64,000 bases of DNA from Bryobacterales bacterium. Its GTDB lineage: Bacteria > Acidobacteriota > Terriglobia > Bryobacterales > UBA6623. This document shows, piece after piece, positions 51,896 through 61,853 of this stretch. The notes under the pieces are model-generated. The model saw only the letters and a program-made list of their open reading frames with translations, did not search any database and was not told the DNA's origin. Each line of letters opens with the position of its first letter. The first letter of the stretch is position 1. The stretch is from contig CBDBIU010000003.1 of assembly GCA_965206025.1 (NCBI GenBank), forward strand, positions 242,982-306,981, read 5' to 3'. The position numbers and the translations under genes are program-made.

Positions 51896-52280
51896 TCAAG
51901 CCGGCAAGACCCGTCCAAGTTTCGAGTGCTTAGCGAACGGGCGAAAGTCCCGGTCTCTCGTCAGAAGAGGGATGCTGTAATCGATGCACGCCTGCGCGAT
52001 CAGCGTGTCCGCTAACTTGGGCCGATAACCGCGCCCTCGTAGTCGCGCCCTAAGCCGACCGGATCGCTCCCAAAACCCTGGCCAGCGTCAAACATCGGGA
52101 GGGACCGAAAGTTTGCCGCAACTTTCGGCTAAGGGAGGGATCACTGAACAACTCGGCGAGCACCACCGGGGACATGACGACCGCTTCCTGCTCAAGCCCG
52201 CTCGTGAGTAGCTCAACATCTGAGCCTGCTGCCCCGGCCGGATAGGCTATCCAGGAGCTGGTGTCCGCGCGGCAGTGGGC
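51896..52280 (-). pseudogene. PIN/VapC-domain toxin pseudogene
   Basis: ADTSSWIAY...PVVLAEL in one frame; RPKLADTLIAQACIDYSIPLLTRDRDF in another; two frameshifts near 52070-52110. Confidence 0.8.
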
Positions 52281-52428
52281 CGATTTTGACGAAATCGTAT
52301 GGTCGGAGTCGCTTGCCAACCGGCCCGCGGGTTCGAGACGCGCCCCGCAAGCAGAGCCCGTGAAACTGACGAGCGACCACGGTTGCAGACACTCAATTGG
52401 AAGGAAGTCGAAGGCCGGAAAACTGCCG

Positions 52429-52800
52429 CTATTTTTCCAGCTTGAGCTTGAAGTTGTAATTCACTTCCTTGCGGTCATCGAAAGTGCTGAGGGTTCGGGT
52501 TCGGCTGCTGACGCCTTCGTGCCGGGCTGTCAGCTGGTAGTCCACGTTCGGGTCGAGACCATGGAAGTAGTAGCTGCCTTTTTCCTGGGTGATGAAGGAC
52601 TTGACTTGCAGCGTGCGGGCGTTCTTGAGCTGGACGACGGCCCCCGCGATGGGGTTCTCCATCTGATCCCAAACCAGGCCGGTGACCGATCGCGTAGGCT
52701 TTTCCTTTTTCTTCTTCTTTTTGGCCAGAGAGGGGTCAGCCGTAGCGACAAGCCACACCAGGGCCAACAACACGGCCGAAAATCGCATCGATCTTCTCAT
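52429..52800 (-). CDS. Carboxypeptidase regulatory-like domain secreted protein
   Basis: Signal peptide; VTGLV...GAVVQL...G.Y.F..L...YQLTA. Confidence 0.82.
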   Translation of the reverse strand: MRRSMRFSAVLLALVWLVATADPSLAKKKKKKEKPTRSVTGLVWDQMENPIAGAVVQLKNARTLQVKSFITQEKGSYYFHGLDPNVDYQLTARHEGVSSRTRTLSTFDDRKEVNYNFKLKLEK

Positions 52801-52846
52801 TGTTCTCCTCCATCCGCCCGCGGCGTCGGGATCAATGGTTGGACGT

Positions 52847-53293
52847 CTAGTCCTGCCCGGCGGTTGCCTTCTCGTTAGGCGGTAGCTGGAAATTGACGGC
52901 CACCTTCTCGCTCTCGTAAATCTCGACTGTCTTTTCCTGTGACTGGAAGCCCTTGGCCTGGGCGGTAACGCGATAGCGGGATCTGCCCGCCGGCACGCGA
53001 ATGGCAAATTCGCCGCGCCGGTCGGTGACCGCACGTGCTCGCTTTAGCTTGCCTTCTTCGTCGACTACAGTGACCTTGGCGCCGGGAAGCGATCGGCCGC
53101 TCCCGTGGAACACTGTTCCGGAAACGAGAGCTTGGGGCTCGGCGGTTCGTTTTTTCTTCGCGCCGGCCGTCACCGCCACGCTACACAGCAGCACGAGGCA
53201 AAAAGCCGGGACAAGCCGGAAGCGTGTCTTAGTAATCTCCGTAATCCTCCTTGTCGGGATTCTGGTTTCTGCCGTTGCGGGAGTGTTGCTCAT
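52847..53293 (-). CDS. Carboxypeptidase regulatory-like domain secreted protein
   Basis: SGTV...LPGAKV...TDRRGEF...YRVTAQAKGF. Confidence 0.8.
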   Translation of the reverse strand: MSNTPATAETRIPTRRITEITKTRFRLVPAFCLVLLCSVAVTAGAKKKRTAEPQALVSGTVFHGSGRSLPGAKVTVVDEEGKLKRARAVTDRRGEFAIRVPAGRSRYRVTAQAKGFQSQEKTVEIYESEKVAVNFQLPPNEKATAGQD

Positions 53294-53486
53294 GCCTTTC
53301 CAATTCTTCGTCGTCCAGCACATCTTCGTCGAGTTCGTCCTCATCTAACACCGCCTGGAGTTCGAGTTCCTGCAGGCTGACCACTTCGAGCTCGGCGCTG
53401 CAATCCTCACAAGTGACGATGTCACCGATGACAAGGTCGTTTTCCTTGATGTCGACTGTTTGCCCGCAATCCGGACACAGAGCCAT
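53229..53486 (-). CDS. LysW-like zinc-ribbon acidic small protein
   Basis: MALCPDCG...GDIVTCEDCSAELEVVS plus acidic tail ending EDYGDY; GGAGAG RBS. Confidence 0.75.
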   Translation of the reverse strand: MALCPDCGQTVDIKENDLVIGDIVTCEDCSAELEVVSLQELELQAVLDEDELDEDVLDDEELERHEQHSRNGRNQNPDKEDYGDY

Positions 53487-53668
53487 GGGGTGCCTTCTCT
53501 CTCCTACAGTATGTACCTCAGAGGAGAGTGGATGCCAAGTAAAGAAACGAGAAAGTTGCACCCGGGGACGCCGGGCCGTGATTGAGGGGCCAATCTATTC
53601 CGCGAGGCCGGGTATCAGTCCGGCAGCCTTGCCTGCCCGCGGCAGGTGTGCTGGAATCGGGGAAGAGA

Positions 53669-54115
53669 ATGTCCCGCAGATATCCGTCACGACCGGTCGT
53701 GGGAGTGGGGGCAATCATCACCGACGGCCCCAGAGTCTTGTTGGTGCGCCGCGGCCGAGAGCCCAGCAAGGGACTGTGGTCGATACCCGGGGGCATGCTG
53801 GAGCTCGGCGAGTCGTTGGTTGAGGGCATCCGCCGCGAGGTACGCGAGGAGGTCGGCCTCGAGGTTAGAGTGCTGGAGACAGTGGAAGTGTTGGACCGGG
53901 TTATCTACGACGGCGACGGAAAGATCGAGTACCACTACGTTCTCGTGGATTACGTCTGTGAGCCGCTTAGCCGGACGTTGCGAGTCGCTGACGACGCCGA
54001 CGCCGCCGAATGGGTGAACCGCCGGGACGTGTCGAGCTACGAAATCACCAAGGGTACGCCGGCAGTCATCGAAAAAGCATTCGCCGTACGCGACGCCCTT
54101 TCCCAGCGTGGTTGA
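53669..54115 (+). CDS. NUDIX hydrolase
   Basis: Nudix box GGMLELGESLVEGIRREVREEVG. Confidence 0.92.
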   Translation: MSRRYPSRPVVGVGAIITDGPRVLLVRRGREPSKGLWSIPGGMLELGESLVEGIRREVREEVGLEVRVLETVEVLDRVIYDGDGKIEYHYVLVDYVCEPLSRTLRVADDADAAEWVNRRDVSSYEITKGTPAVIEKAFAVRDALSQRG

Positions 54116-54221
54116 GGTCCGATGCCGCCCCAGGATTTGACCCCCATTCCGCAAAAGCGTTTTGTGCGCGCGGACCACGCCGCCCGTCTCCGTTCCCAGC
54201 AAACGTAGGTGCATTTATGAA

Positions 54222-56642
54222 ATGGAGCACTTAGAAACCCTCGAATGGCCCCAGCTGATGGCGCTGCTCGAGCGCTACATCGTCAGTCCGCTGGGAAAGT
54301 GGCGGCTTGAGGAATTTGCCCGGCAGCCGCTGCCGGCCTCTTGCGACGCGGCGGAGGAGAGTTTGGCCGAGACCGCCGAAGCTCTCGGTTGGCTGCGGCA
54401 GGCCGAAAAGGCCGGCTCCGGACACCAGCCGGCTCCGGCTCCCAGCTTTTCGGGCCTCCGCGACGAGCGGCCCGCCCTCGAACGCCTTCGACTGGAGAGA
54501 TCGATCCTCGATGCCCTCGACGTCTATCACTTGCTCGGACTGCTCGATCGAGCCGGGGAAACTCACCAACGCCTCGGCGCGTGTGGCGACCACTATCCAC
54601 GCATCGCAACGTGGCGGGAGGCGCTCGATGGCTTTCGCCCCATCGTCAAGGAGCTTTCGGGCAAGATCCTGCCTGATGGGGGAGTGGCCGACCAGGCCAG
54701 CCCGGCGCTGGCGCGGATTCGCCGGCAGATCGAACAAAACCGCCAACTGGTTCACAAATCGCTGGAGCGTTTTCTTCGCACGCATGGCCAGGAAGGCGTC
54801 TTGCAGGAAGACTATGTCACGATTCGCGACGGACGGCTCGTGGTGCCGGTCAAGGCCGCCAGGAAGTGGCGGATCGAAGGGGTGATTCACGGCGCGAGTT
54901 CGACCGGGCAAACAGTATTTATCGAACCCCTTACGACGATCGAACTCAACAACCGCCACGTACGCATGCTCGAGGATGAGCAGCGCGAGATTCAACGTAT
55001 CCTCGGTGAAATGACCGAGCGGCTTCGCCGACAGGTCGGCGAGGTCACGGCCGCGGTCGAGGCGCTCGCTCATCTCGAGCTGCTGTTCGCGAAGGCCCGT
55101 TTCGGGCGGGAGTTTGACTGCATCATCCCCCGCTTTTCCTCCGAGCCGCCCGTGCGGTTGAGGCTGAAGCGCGCCCGCCATCCGTTGCTCGAGGACGTGC
55201 TTCGAGGCGACGACCAGACCGTGGTTCCGATGTCGCTGACCCTGGACGAGAATTGCCATGTCCTGGTGATCAGCGGTCCGAACGCCGGGGGGAAGACAGT
55301 GGCGCTCAAGGTGGTCGGGTTGCTGGTGGTCATGGCTCAGTCGGGCCTGCCAGTCCCGGCGGAGGAAGCCGAGTTTCCGTGGTTCGAACAAGTCTTGGCC
55401 GACATCGGCGACTCGCAGTCCATCAAGGAAAGCCTGAGCACGTTTTCCGCGCACATCAACCAACTCAAGCACATGATGGAGCAGGCAACCAGCCGCTCGC
55501 TGGTCCTGATCGACGAAATCGCGGCCGCCACCGACCCGGAAGAAGGAGGAGCCCTCGGGGTCGCCGTCTTGGACGACTTTCGCGCTCGGGGATCTTTTTG
55601 CTTGGCTACGACTCACCTGCCGGCTCTGAAGGCCTTCGCCGCTACGGGAGAAGGCGTGGAGAACGCTGCTGTCGGCTTCGATCAGGAAACGCTTTCACCG
55701 AACTATCGGCTTACCGTGGGAGTTCCCGGCCAGTCGGCGGGCTTGGCCATGGCTCAAAGACTGGGCATACCCGAGTCCATCATCGAGCGCGCCCGAAAGG
55801 CCATGGACCCCAGCGGAGAGCGGACGGTGGCCTTCCTGGAGCAACTGCGCCTTCAACTCGCGCGCTACGAAGCGGCCGAGGGCGACCTGCGCCAGGCCGA
55901 GCACGGCCTGCGCGAACGGGAAAGCAAGGTGGCGCTCGAGTGGGAGCGCCGCGAGACCGACAAGATCAGGCAACTCGAGCAGCGAGTCGAGCAGCTGATT
56001 GCGTGCTTTGAAGCGCAGAGCAAGGACGCCTTGGAACGGCTGGCTCGCTCCGAAGCGAAGCGCCGCCTGGTCGCCGACGCCCAGGTCCGAGCCGCCAAAG
56101 GTCGCCGCGAGCTGCGTGAAGGCTTCCGGGAGGCGGCCCAAAGCGCGTTGCAGTCGGCCGCGAAATCGCCTCCCCAGCCTCCGGCAGTTGAGGAGGGAGC
56201 CACGGTCAAGCTTGCGGAGCTAGGCGCGGTCGGACGAGTGACGCGGAAACTCGCCGACGGCGGCTTCGAAGTGCAGGCCGGCTCGTTGAAGCTCCGGGTG
56301 GCGGCGGCCGACATCGCCGAAGTACTGCCGGCCTCGCAGGCGGTGGAGAGACTTCCCGCCCGCGTCACTGTTCAGCACCCCCTGCGGGAGCCGAAGGAGT
56401 TGTCCGAGATCAACGTGATCGGCAAGACCTCCGAGGAGGCGCAAGAGGCCGTCGACAAGCTGCTCGACGACGCCTTGCTGGCCGAAGTGACGCGAGTGCG
56501 AGTGATTCACGGACACGGCAAGAACGTCCTGCGGCGCGCGTTGTGGCAAATGTTCGCCGGCCATCCTTCGGTCGAGCGCTACTACCAAGCCGAACAGCAC
56601 GAAGGGGGGGCGGGAGCGACCATCGTCGAGGTGCGGGCGTAG
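54222..56642 (+). CDS. mutS2: Endonuclease MutS2
   Basis: SSTGQTVFIEP, GPNAGGKT, LSTFSAH, DE...TDP motifs; C-terminal Smr domain IHGHG...GGAGAT. Confidence 0.93.
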   Translation: MEHLETLEWPQLMALLERYIVSPLGKWRLEEFARQPLPASCDAAEESLAETAEALGWLRQAEKAGSGHQPAPAPSFSGLRDERPALERLRLERSILDALDVYHLLGLLDRAGETHQRLGACGDHYPRIATWREALDGFRPIVKELSGKILPDGGVADQASPALARIRRQIEQNRQLVHKSLERFLRTHGQEGVLQEDYVTIRDGRLVVPVKAARKWRIEGVIHGASSTGQTVFIEPLTTIELNNRHVRMLEDEQREIQRILGEMTERLRRQVGEVTAAVEALAHLELLFAKARFGREFDCIIPRFSSEPPVRLRLKRARHPLLEDVLRGDDQTVVPMSLTLDENCHVLVISGPNAGGKTVALKVVGLLVVMAQSGLPVPAEEAEFPWFEQVLADIGDSQSIKESLSTFSAHINQLKHMMEQATSRSLVLIDEIAAATDPEEGGALGVAVLDDFRARGSFCLATTHLPALKAFAATGEGVENAAVGFDQETLSPNYRLTVGVPGQSAGLAMAQRLGIPESIIERARKAMDPSGERTVAFLEQLRLQLARYEAAEGDLRQAEHGLRERESKVALEWERRETDKIRQLEQRVEQLIACFEAQSKDALERLARSEAKRRLVADAQVRAAKGRRELREGFREAAQSALQSAAKSPPQPPAVEEGATVKLAELGAVGRVTRKLADGGFEVQAGSLKLRVAAADIAEVLPASQAVERLPARVTVQHPLREPKELSEINVIGKTSEEAQEAVDKLLDDALLAEVTRVRVIHGHGKNVLRRALWQMFAGHPSVERYYQAEQHEGGAGATIVEVRA

Positions 56643-56800
56643 GACGATGCGCCATGACGAAGTGCCGCGGCCCTCTGCGCTAGCTAACTGAATCAGAACT
56701 TGCCGGCGAGAGCTTCGGGGACTTCCACGCAAGCTAGGTAAACCCTAGCCGACAAGGGAGGATCTATGGTCCTCAAATCGCTGCCGCGATAGTCTCCGGA

Positions 56801-57351
56801 GGAGCAGTGGATCAAAGAAAGTAAGCGACGCACCCCCCGGGGTGTCTTGCCATCACTTCCGGGCCAGCGAAGCCCAACTGCAACTGAGCGTGCTGACCTA
56901 CAACCTAGGCAACCTGTGGCGGCGGCTGGGGCTACTGCGACGGATCAAGAGTTGGTCGCTGACGAGCTTGCAGCAGTGGCTGATGAAGACCGGAGGCAGA
57001 CTCGTCAAGCATGCGCGGTACTACTGGCTGTTGCTCGCCCAGGGGCATCTCAACCGCAAGCTGTTCGGCGAGATGCTCAACCGGCTCGCGGCGCTGCCCG
57101 TGCCCGGAGGATAGCGTGCCGAGGGGCAACAGCCAGAAAGGGTCGGGCCGCCGAGCGGTTGGGCGGAGCGATGTCGTCGAGGAGACCCGAACCGACGCCG
57201 GAAGGAGTCGTCGGGCGTTGCCCGGACACCACGAACGGGCCGGAGGAGACGGAGACACCGTCCGGAAGCGACGGCGCCGGCTGAAATCAACGCTGAGCAC
57301 CGCCGCCCGTGCTATCGTACCCGTACCGGGACCGCCAAAGTGGAAGTCCCG
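56801..57351 (+). pseudogene. Degenerate IS1380 3' remnant
   Basis: EQWIKE...YNLGNLWRRL...PVPGG. Confidence 0.82.
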
Positions 57352-57368
57352 TCTAAAGGGAGTTCACC

Positions 57369-58847
57369 TTGGGATTATCGATCTTGGTCAGCCTTGCGTT
57401 GATCTTTTGCAGCGCGGTCATGGCCGAACCGCCGAGCAACTGGCCGCAGTTTCGTGGGCCCAATTCAGGAGGCTTGGCCGGCGAGCAGAGCCCCCCAGTT
57501 GAATTCGGACCGGAAGCGAAGCTTCTTTGGCGTACGGAAGTTCGGACCGGGCATTCCTCGCCTGCCGTCTGGGGCGACCGTATTTTCCTCACGGCCTTCG
57601 ACGCTGACGAGAAAGAGCTCCTGGCCCTTGCGGTCGACCGGCAAACCGGCAAGATCCTGTGGCGGCGGACTGTAGAGTCCGAGGCAGTCGAAAAGGTGCA
57701 CCAGGTCAGCAACCCGGCTGCGTCGACGCCTGCTGTCGACGCCGATTTCGTCTACGTCTACTTTGGCTCCCATGGCCTCGTCGCTTTTGACCACGACGGC
57801 CAACAGCAATGGGACTACCGTCTACCGGTTGCGCGGGTCGCGCAAGGCAGCGGAGTTTCCCCGGTTGTCGCCGGCGAACGCGTCATTCTCAACCGCGAGG
57901 GAAACGACTTCCGCTTTCTGACGGCGCTCGATCGCCGGTCAGGCAAGGAGCTCTGGAAGGTCGATCATCTTCCTGCCCCGCAGCCTCACCTTCGGTCGAA
58001 CTGGTCGACTCCCATCGTCAGAGACGGCCGAATCTTTCTACATCACGGCGGCGAAGTCGCTGCCTTCGATATTGAGGACGGATCACGGATATGGTGGTTC
58101 GGCATCGCGACGACGGGAACGAGTACGCCCGTCTTGACCGATGACGCGATCTACGTCGGCGGCTTCACTCCGGTTGGCGAAGAGGACCATCGGGTCGAGC
58201 TACCTAGCTTCGAGGAATTGATCGAGCGCGCTGACGCGGACGGCAACGGATCCATCAGCAAAGACGAGTTTCCAGAGGACGTGCTCTTGTTCAAACGCCC
58301 TGAGATCGAGGACATTGGAGGCTCCAGCCTCGCGATCAAGAACTTCTTTGGACCCTTCGACCCCAACAAGGACGGCGAGATTAGCGCTGCCGAGTGGGCT
58401 GGCACTCGTGAGTGGGCCGCGACCAACACAAAGGACCACGGCCTGGTCAAAGTAACGCTGGGGGGCGACGGCGACGTGACGGAGACTCGCCTCGTCTGGC
58501 AAGAGAAGAAGTCTGTTCCCGAGGCCCCCTCGCCGCTGGTCGTCGGGAATCGAGCTTACATGATCAAGAACGGCGGCATCATTACTTGCCTCGACGCCGA
58601 AACAGGCGCCCGCAAGTTCCGCGCCCGGCTCGGAGCGCCCGGCGCCTATTACTCATCACCCGTGGCCGTGAACGATCGTGTCTATGTCGCTTCAAGCGAG
58701 GGCATTGTCGTCGTCTTCAAAGACAGCGACACCCTCGAGGTTCTGGCCCGAAACGAAATCGGCGAGCCTATCTTCGCCACGCCGGCGTTCGTGGATGACA
58801 CGATCTACCTGCGTACGGAAAGCGCCCTTTGCGCGTTCTCGGATTGA
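57369..58847 (+). CDS. PQQ-like beta-propeller secreted protein with an EF-hand insert
   Basis: WPQFRGP; repeated SSP...W motifs; DADGNGSISKDE and DPNKDGEISAAE. Confidence 0.85.
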   Translation: MGLSILVSLALIFCSAVMAEPPSNWPQFRGPNSGGLAGEQSPPVEFGPEAKLLWRTEVRTGHSSPAVWGDRIFLTAFDADEKELLALAVDRQTGKILWRRTVESEAVEKVHQVSNPAASTPAVDADFVYVYFGSHGLVAFDHDGQQQWDYRLPVARVAQGSGVSPVVAGERVILNREGNDFRFLTALDRRSGKELWKVDHLPAPQPHLRSNWSTPIVRDGRIFLHHGGEVAAFDIEDGSRIWWFGIATTGTSTPVLTDDAIYVGGFTPVGEEDHRVELPSFEELIERADADGNGSISKDEFPEDVLLFKRPEIEDIGGSSLAIKNFFGPFDPNKDGEISAAEWAGTREWAATNTKDHGLVKVTLGGDGDVTETRLVWQEKKSVPEAPSPLVVGNRAYMIKNGGIITCLDAETGARKFRARLGAPGAYYSSPVAVNDRVYVASSEGIVVVFKDSDTLEVLARNEIGEPIFATPAFVDDTIYLRTESALCAFSD

Positions 58848-59027
58848 TCTGCCGCCGGAGCTGTTGCGTGACGAAGTACGACCGGCGGATCGAGGCTCTA
58901 CTGTGCTCGGGTACCCGGCTACGCATTCGGTCGTGTGCCGCGGCGATCCTTACTTAGATTCCACCATCCGACGGGCTCCGTCCGCTTGGCGCTCGTTTCG
59001 CGATGTAACCTTGCTAGACTCTGGCGC

Positions 59028-59267
59028 ATGTCTCCTCGCTGCTTTTTCTTGCTCTTTGCCGTCTTTAGCCTCGGCTGTGGGCCTCAGACGGATCTTCACG
59101 GCCCGCTGCGAGTCTGGCAGACCCTGACGCTCGACTTCCACGGCCGCTTCGTGACCGTGGAGACTCTGGAGTCCGAGCAGACCCAGGCACTGTCGATCTC
59201 GCCTTCGGTTGAGTTTCCCGCCACGGACGGCCGATCTTTCCTCATCGTCCGCCTAGATCCTGTGTAA
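59028..59267 (+). pseudogene. Short lipoprotein-like ORF, possible internal-deletion remnant
   Basis: Lipobox-like SLGC; GPLRVWQTLTLDFHG followed by a C-terminal-like segment. Confidence 0.4.
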
Positions 59268-59388
59268 CGGGGCAGCGTTCACCTAGAGGCCCACCCCACG
59301 ACGAGGGGGTCGCGGCGTACAGTTAAAGTCCGCATTCCGCCTATTCTTGTAATCGCGTTTCCCTTTGGTATTTATGAGATAGCTTCTA

Positions 59389-59455
59389 CCCCGCTTTTTT
59401 CACCATGTGGCGGGTCTATGGCCGCTTTGGCCGTCACGTGGAGAGAAATGCGGGC
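59389..59455. repeat. TA-flanked palindromic REP/MITE-like unit
   Basis: CCCCGCTTTTTTCACCATGTGGCGG...CCGTCACGTGGAGAGAAATGCGGGC. Confidence 0.6.
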
Positions 59456-59839
59456 TACATGCCATACAGCCTAAGTGGCTTATTAAAAGTAACTTAACCC
59501 CATCGGCGCCAGGGCCTCCTTGGATCGGCAAGGTACAATGTAATTGAGTACGCGCGAAGCATTCGGGTCCCATTCGAGCACGGGTCGTCGGAAGCCGCGA
59601 CCGAGGAGCTTGTAGCGCGGACCTGGTGCTGTTCCAGCGTCCGCGTCGGTGAGCGGCAGCGTCCGCGTCCGTGGGCGGCTACCGAGTAACAGAATGACTA
59701 AACAAAGCCAATCCCTTGTAACGACTTTTGTTGCAGATACCTACAGAAGATTTGGCGGGCTGGTCGCGTCCTTCGACCTCGGCTGGTGAGAAAGCCGACT
59801 GGTCATTCGGACACGTGTCTTGAAACCGCGCGCGGCGAC

Positions 59840-61072
59840 TTAGCGGCGGCGGGCCTTTGTCGTGGCCTCGGCAAAGGCGCGGACGAAACCCTGGGCGTGC
59901 TCCATGTGGCGCGAAGGATGGATCGACAGGCGGATGTAGGGCCTGTCGCGATGCACGCCGTAGCTTTGCCCCCAGCCGCCCTCGGCCAGCAACTGATGGA
60001 CGTCGGAGAGGTCGACGGTCTTCGAGGTGAACGCCACGATTGAGATAAAGGGTGGGACGATCAGGTCGATGCCCGGGATTTCGGTCACGCCGGCGGCTAT
60101 CGTTTTGGCAAGCTCCAGGACATGGGCCGTCGAGCGCTGGTAGCCCTCCCGGCCAAGGTGCTTCATCACCGCCCACGCGGATGCGGCTCGGCTGCCCGGC
60201 TTCGTGGAGGACGTCGTGTGGATGAAGGTCACATCGGTGGGGATCGCCTCGAACATTTCGGGTTCGCGCACCAGAAAGAACCCGGTCGCGATCGGCATCA
60301 GGCCGAGCTTGTGGCCATCGGTCATCATCGAAGACACGCCGGGCAGCGAGAAATCGAACGGCTCGACCGGATGACCCAGGTCGCGCATGAAGGGAAGAAT
60401 GAACCCTCCGAAGGCGGCGTCGACGTGCAGCCACAGCCCCTTGCGGTAGGCCAGATCGGCGAAAGCCTCGACCGGGTCGACCACGCCGAAGCTGCCGCCC
60501 GGGGCGGAACAAACCAGCCCGACCGTGCGCGGCGTGATCGCCTTCTCGACATCTTCGATGCGAGGCTGACAGGTATCGTCGTCGACATCGACCTCGGCGA
60601 CGCGGATGCCCATCAGTTCTGAACCAAGCCGGAAGCTGAAGTGCATCGACACCGGCGCAATGATCTCGGGATCCGCCTGCCCGCCGCGGTTCCGAGCCAG
60701 CCGCATCGAGGCGAGGTTCGACTCCGTGCCGCCGGTGGTGACAAACCCGGCGGCGGCTGACCGCCCGAGCAGCGACGCCATCATGCGCACGGCCTGGCGC
60801 TCGATCGCCAGGGTTCCGGGCTGCTGGTCCGCCGCCCACTCGACGAAGTAGGTGCTACGCATGAGCTCGTCGAGCTGCTGCGTTATCGGGTGCGGAGTAC
60901 CGGAGTACGAGTTGCCGAAGTCCTGCTGGAGCGGGTATGGATTCTGCCCGGCCAAGGCGCGGATCGCCGCGATAACCTCCGCCTCCGGCATGCCGGCGTC
61001 AGGGAAGGGTGTTATCGGACCCGTAGTGAGCGGCATCGGGCCCGCGGGCTTGTCGAATTCGGCGGTCGACAT
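59840..61072 (-). CDS. Group II PLP-dependent decarboxylase (MfnA tyrosine/aspartate decarboxylase-like)
   Basis: GGTESN, HFSF, HVDAAFGG and DGHK (PLP lysine) motifs; AAGGAG RBS. Confidence 0.88.
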   Translation of the reverse strand: MSTAEFDKPAGPMPLTTGPITPFPDAGMPEAEVIAAIRALAGQNPYPLQQDFGNSYSGTPHPITQQLDELMRSTYFVEWAADQQPGTLAIERQAVRMMASLLGRSAAAGFVTTGGTESNLASMRLARNRGGQADPEIIAPVSMHFSFRLGSELMGIRVAEVDVDDDTCQPRIEDVEKAITPRTVGLVCSAPGGSFGVVDPVEAFADLAYRKGLWLHVDAAFGGFILPFMRDLGHPVEPFDFSLPGVSSMMTDGHKLGLMPIATGFFLVREPEMFEAIPTDVTFIHTTSSTKPGSRAASAWAVMKHLGREGYQRSTAHVLELAKTIAAGVTEIPGIDLIVPPFISIVAFTSKTVDLSDVHQLLAEGGWGQSYGVHRDRPYIRLSIHPSRHMEHAQGFVRAFAEATTKARRR

Positions 61073-61505
61073 GTCGTGATCGCTCCTTTAACCCAGCGCA
61101 GGGCGCGATTCAGTGCCACGGCACACAAATCGGAATTTCCGATTCGAACATCCAGCTCAGACAGGGTACACCAACAAGACTGATCTCGGCGAGCCGCCCC
61201 CCCGGACACGCAGTCCCGGGGTGGGTCGAAGCGTTCCCAAAGTCGACTGATCTCGGCGCCGCTCAGTCGATTCGTCGCACACCCCTGTTTGGACCAACTC
61301 TCCGTTTCGGTATCCGCCAGTTAGTTTCAGCTTCCAGGCCCTCTCCCTCAAACGCCGGCCTTGTATCCGGTTCCTAGCCCGCTTGCCGACAGACTGTACG
61401 CTCCGACGCGGTCGACGAGGCGAAAGGCCCGGGGGCCATGGCTCGCGGCAACAGTTTGTGTGCCCCAGCCACCACGCAGCTTCTCCTTTTTGCGCCGGAA
61501 AGTGA

Positions 61506-61853
61506 CTAACCCTCGTCGACCAGCTTCGCCATCGCGGTCTCGTCGAACCCTAGGGCCAAGCGCTTTCCCCACTTGATGATGGGACGTTTGATCAAGTTGG
61601 GGTTTTCCGCCATGAGTCTAAGCGCTGCGTGCTTGGGCGGGGGATTCCTTTTCATCCCGCGTTCCCGATAGACGGCGTTTCTAGGGTTGAGAAACTGGCG
61701 GTAGTCTCGTTCTCCGATGAGACCGTCCAACTCCTCCACGCTGAGGCCCTTGCTGAGATCGACGAATTCGAGTTCGACGCCCCGTTCGAGCAAGAAACTT
61801 CTTGCTTTACGGCAGGTGGTTCAAGTGGGCTTCTGATAAAACCGGACCTTCAT
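61506..61853 (-). CDS. ArsC/Spx-family selenoprotein (in-frame UGA at codon 11, UxxC)
   Basis: MKVRFYQKPT-TGA-TTCRKARSFL...NPNLIKRPII...LGF; purine-rich RBS before ATG 61853. Confidence 0.85.
61789..61806 (-). promoter_or_regulatory. Candidate bacterial SECIS hairpin
   Basis: AGCAAGA-AGUU-UCUUGCU stem-loop 14 nt downstream of the UGA, with GU in the loop. Confidence 0.65.

Noticed and set aside
50008..51918. Long antisense ORFs (also 12707-14095, 54231-55616, 62461-63840)
   Set aside because: Shadow frames opposite well-supported genes, expected with high-GC codon bias
61136..61150. GATTCGAAC as a minus-strand tRNA T-loop
   Set aside because: No T-stem, acceptor stem or cloverleaf around it
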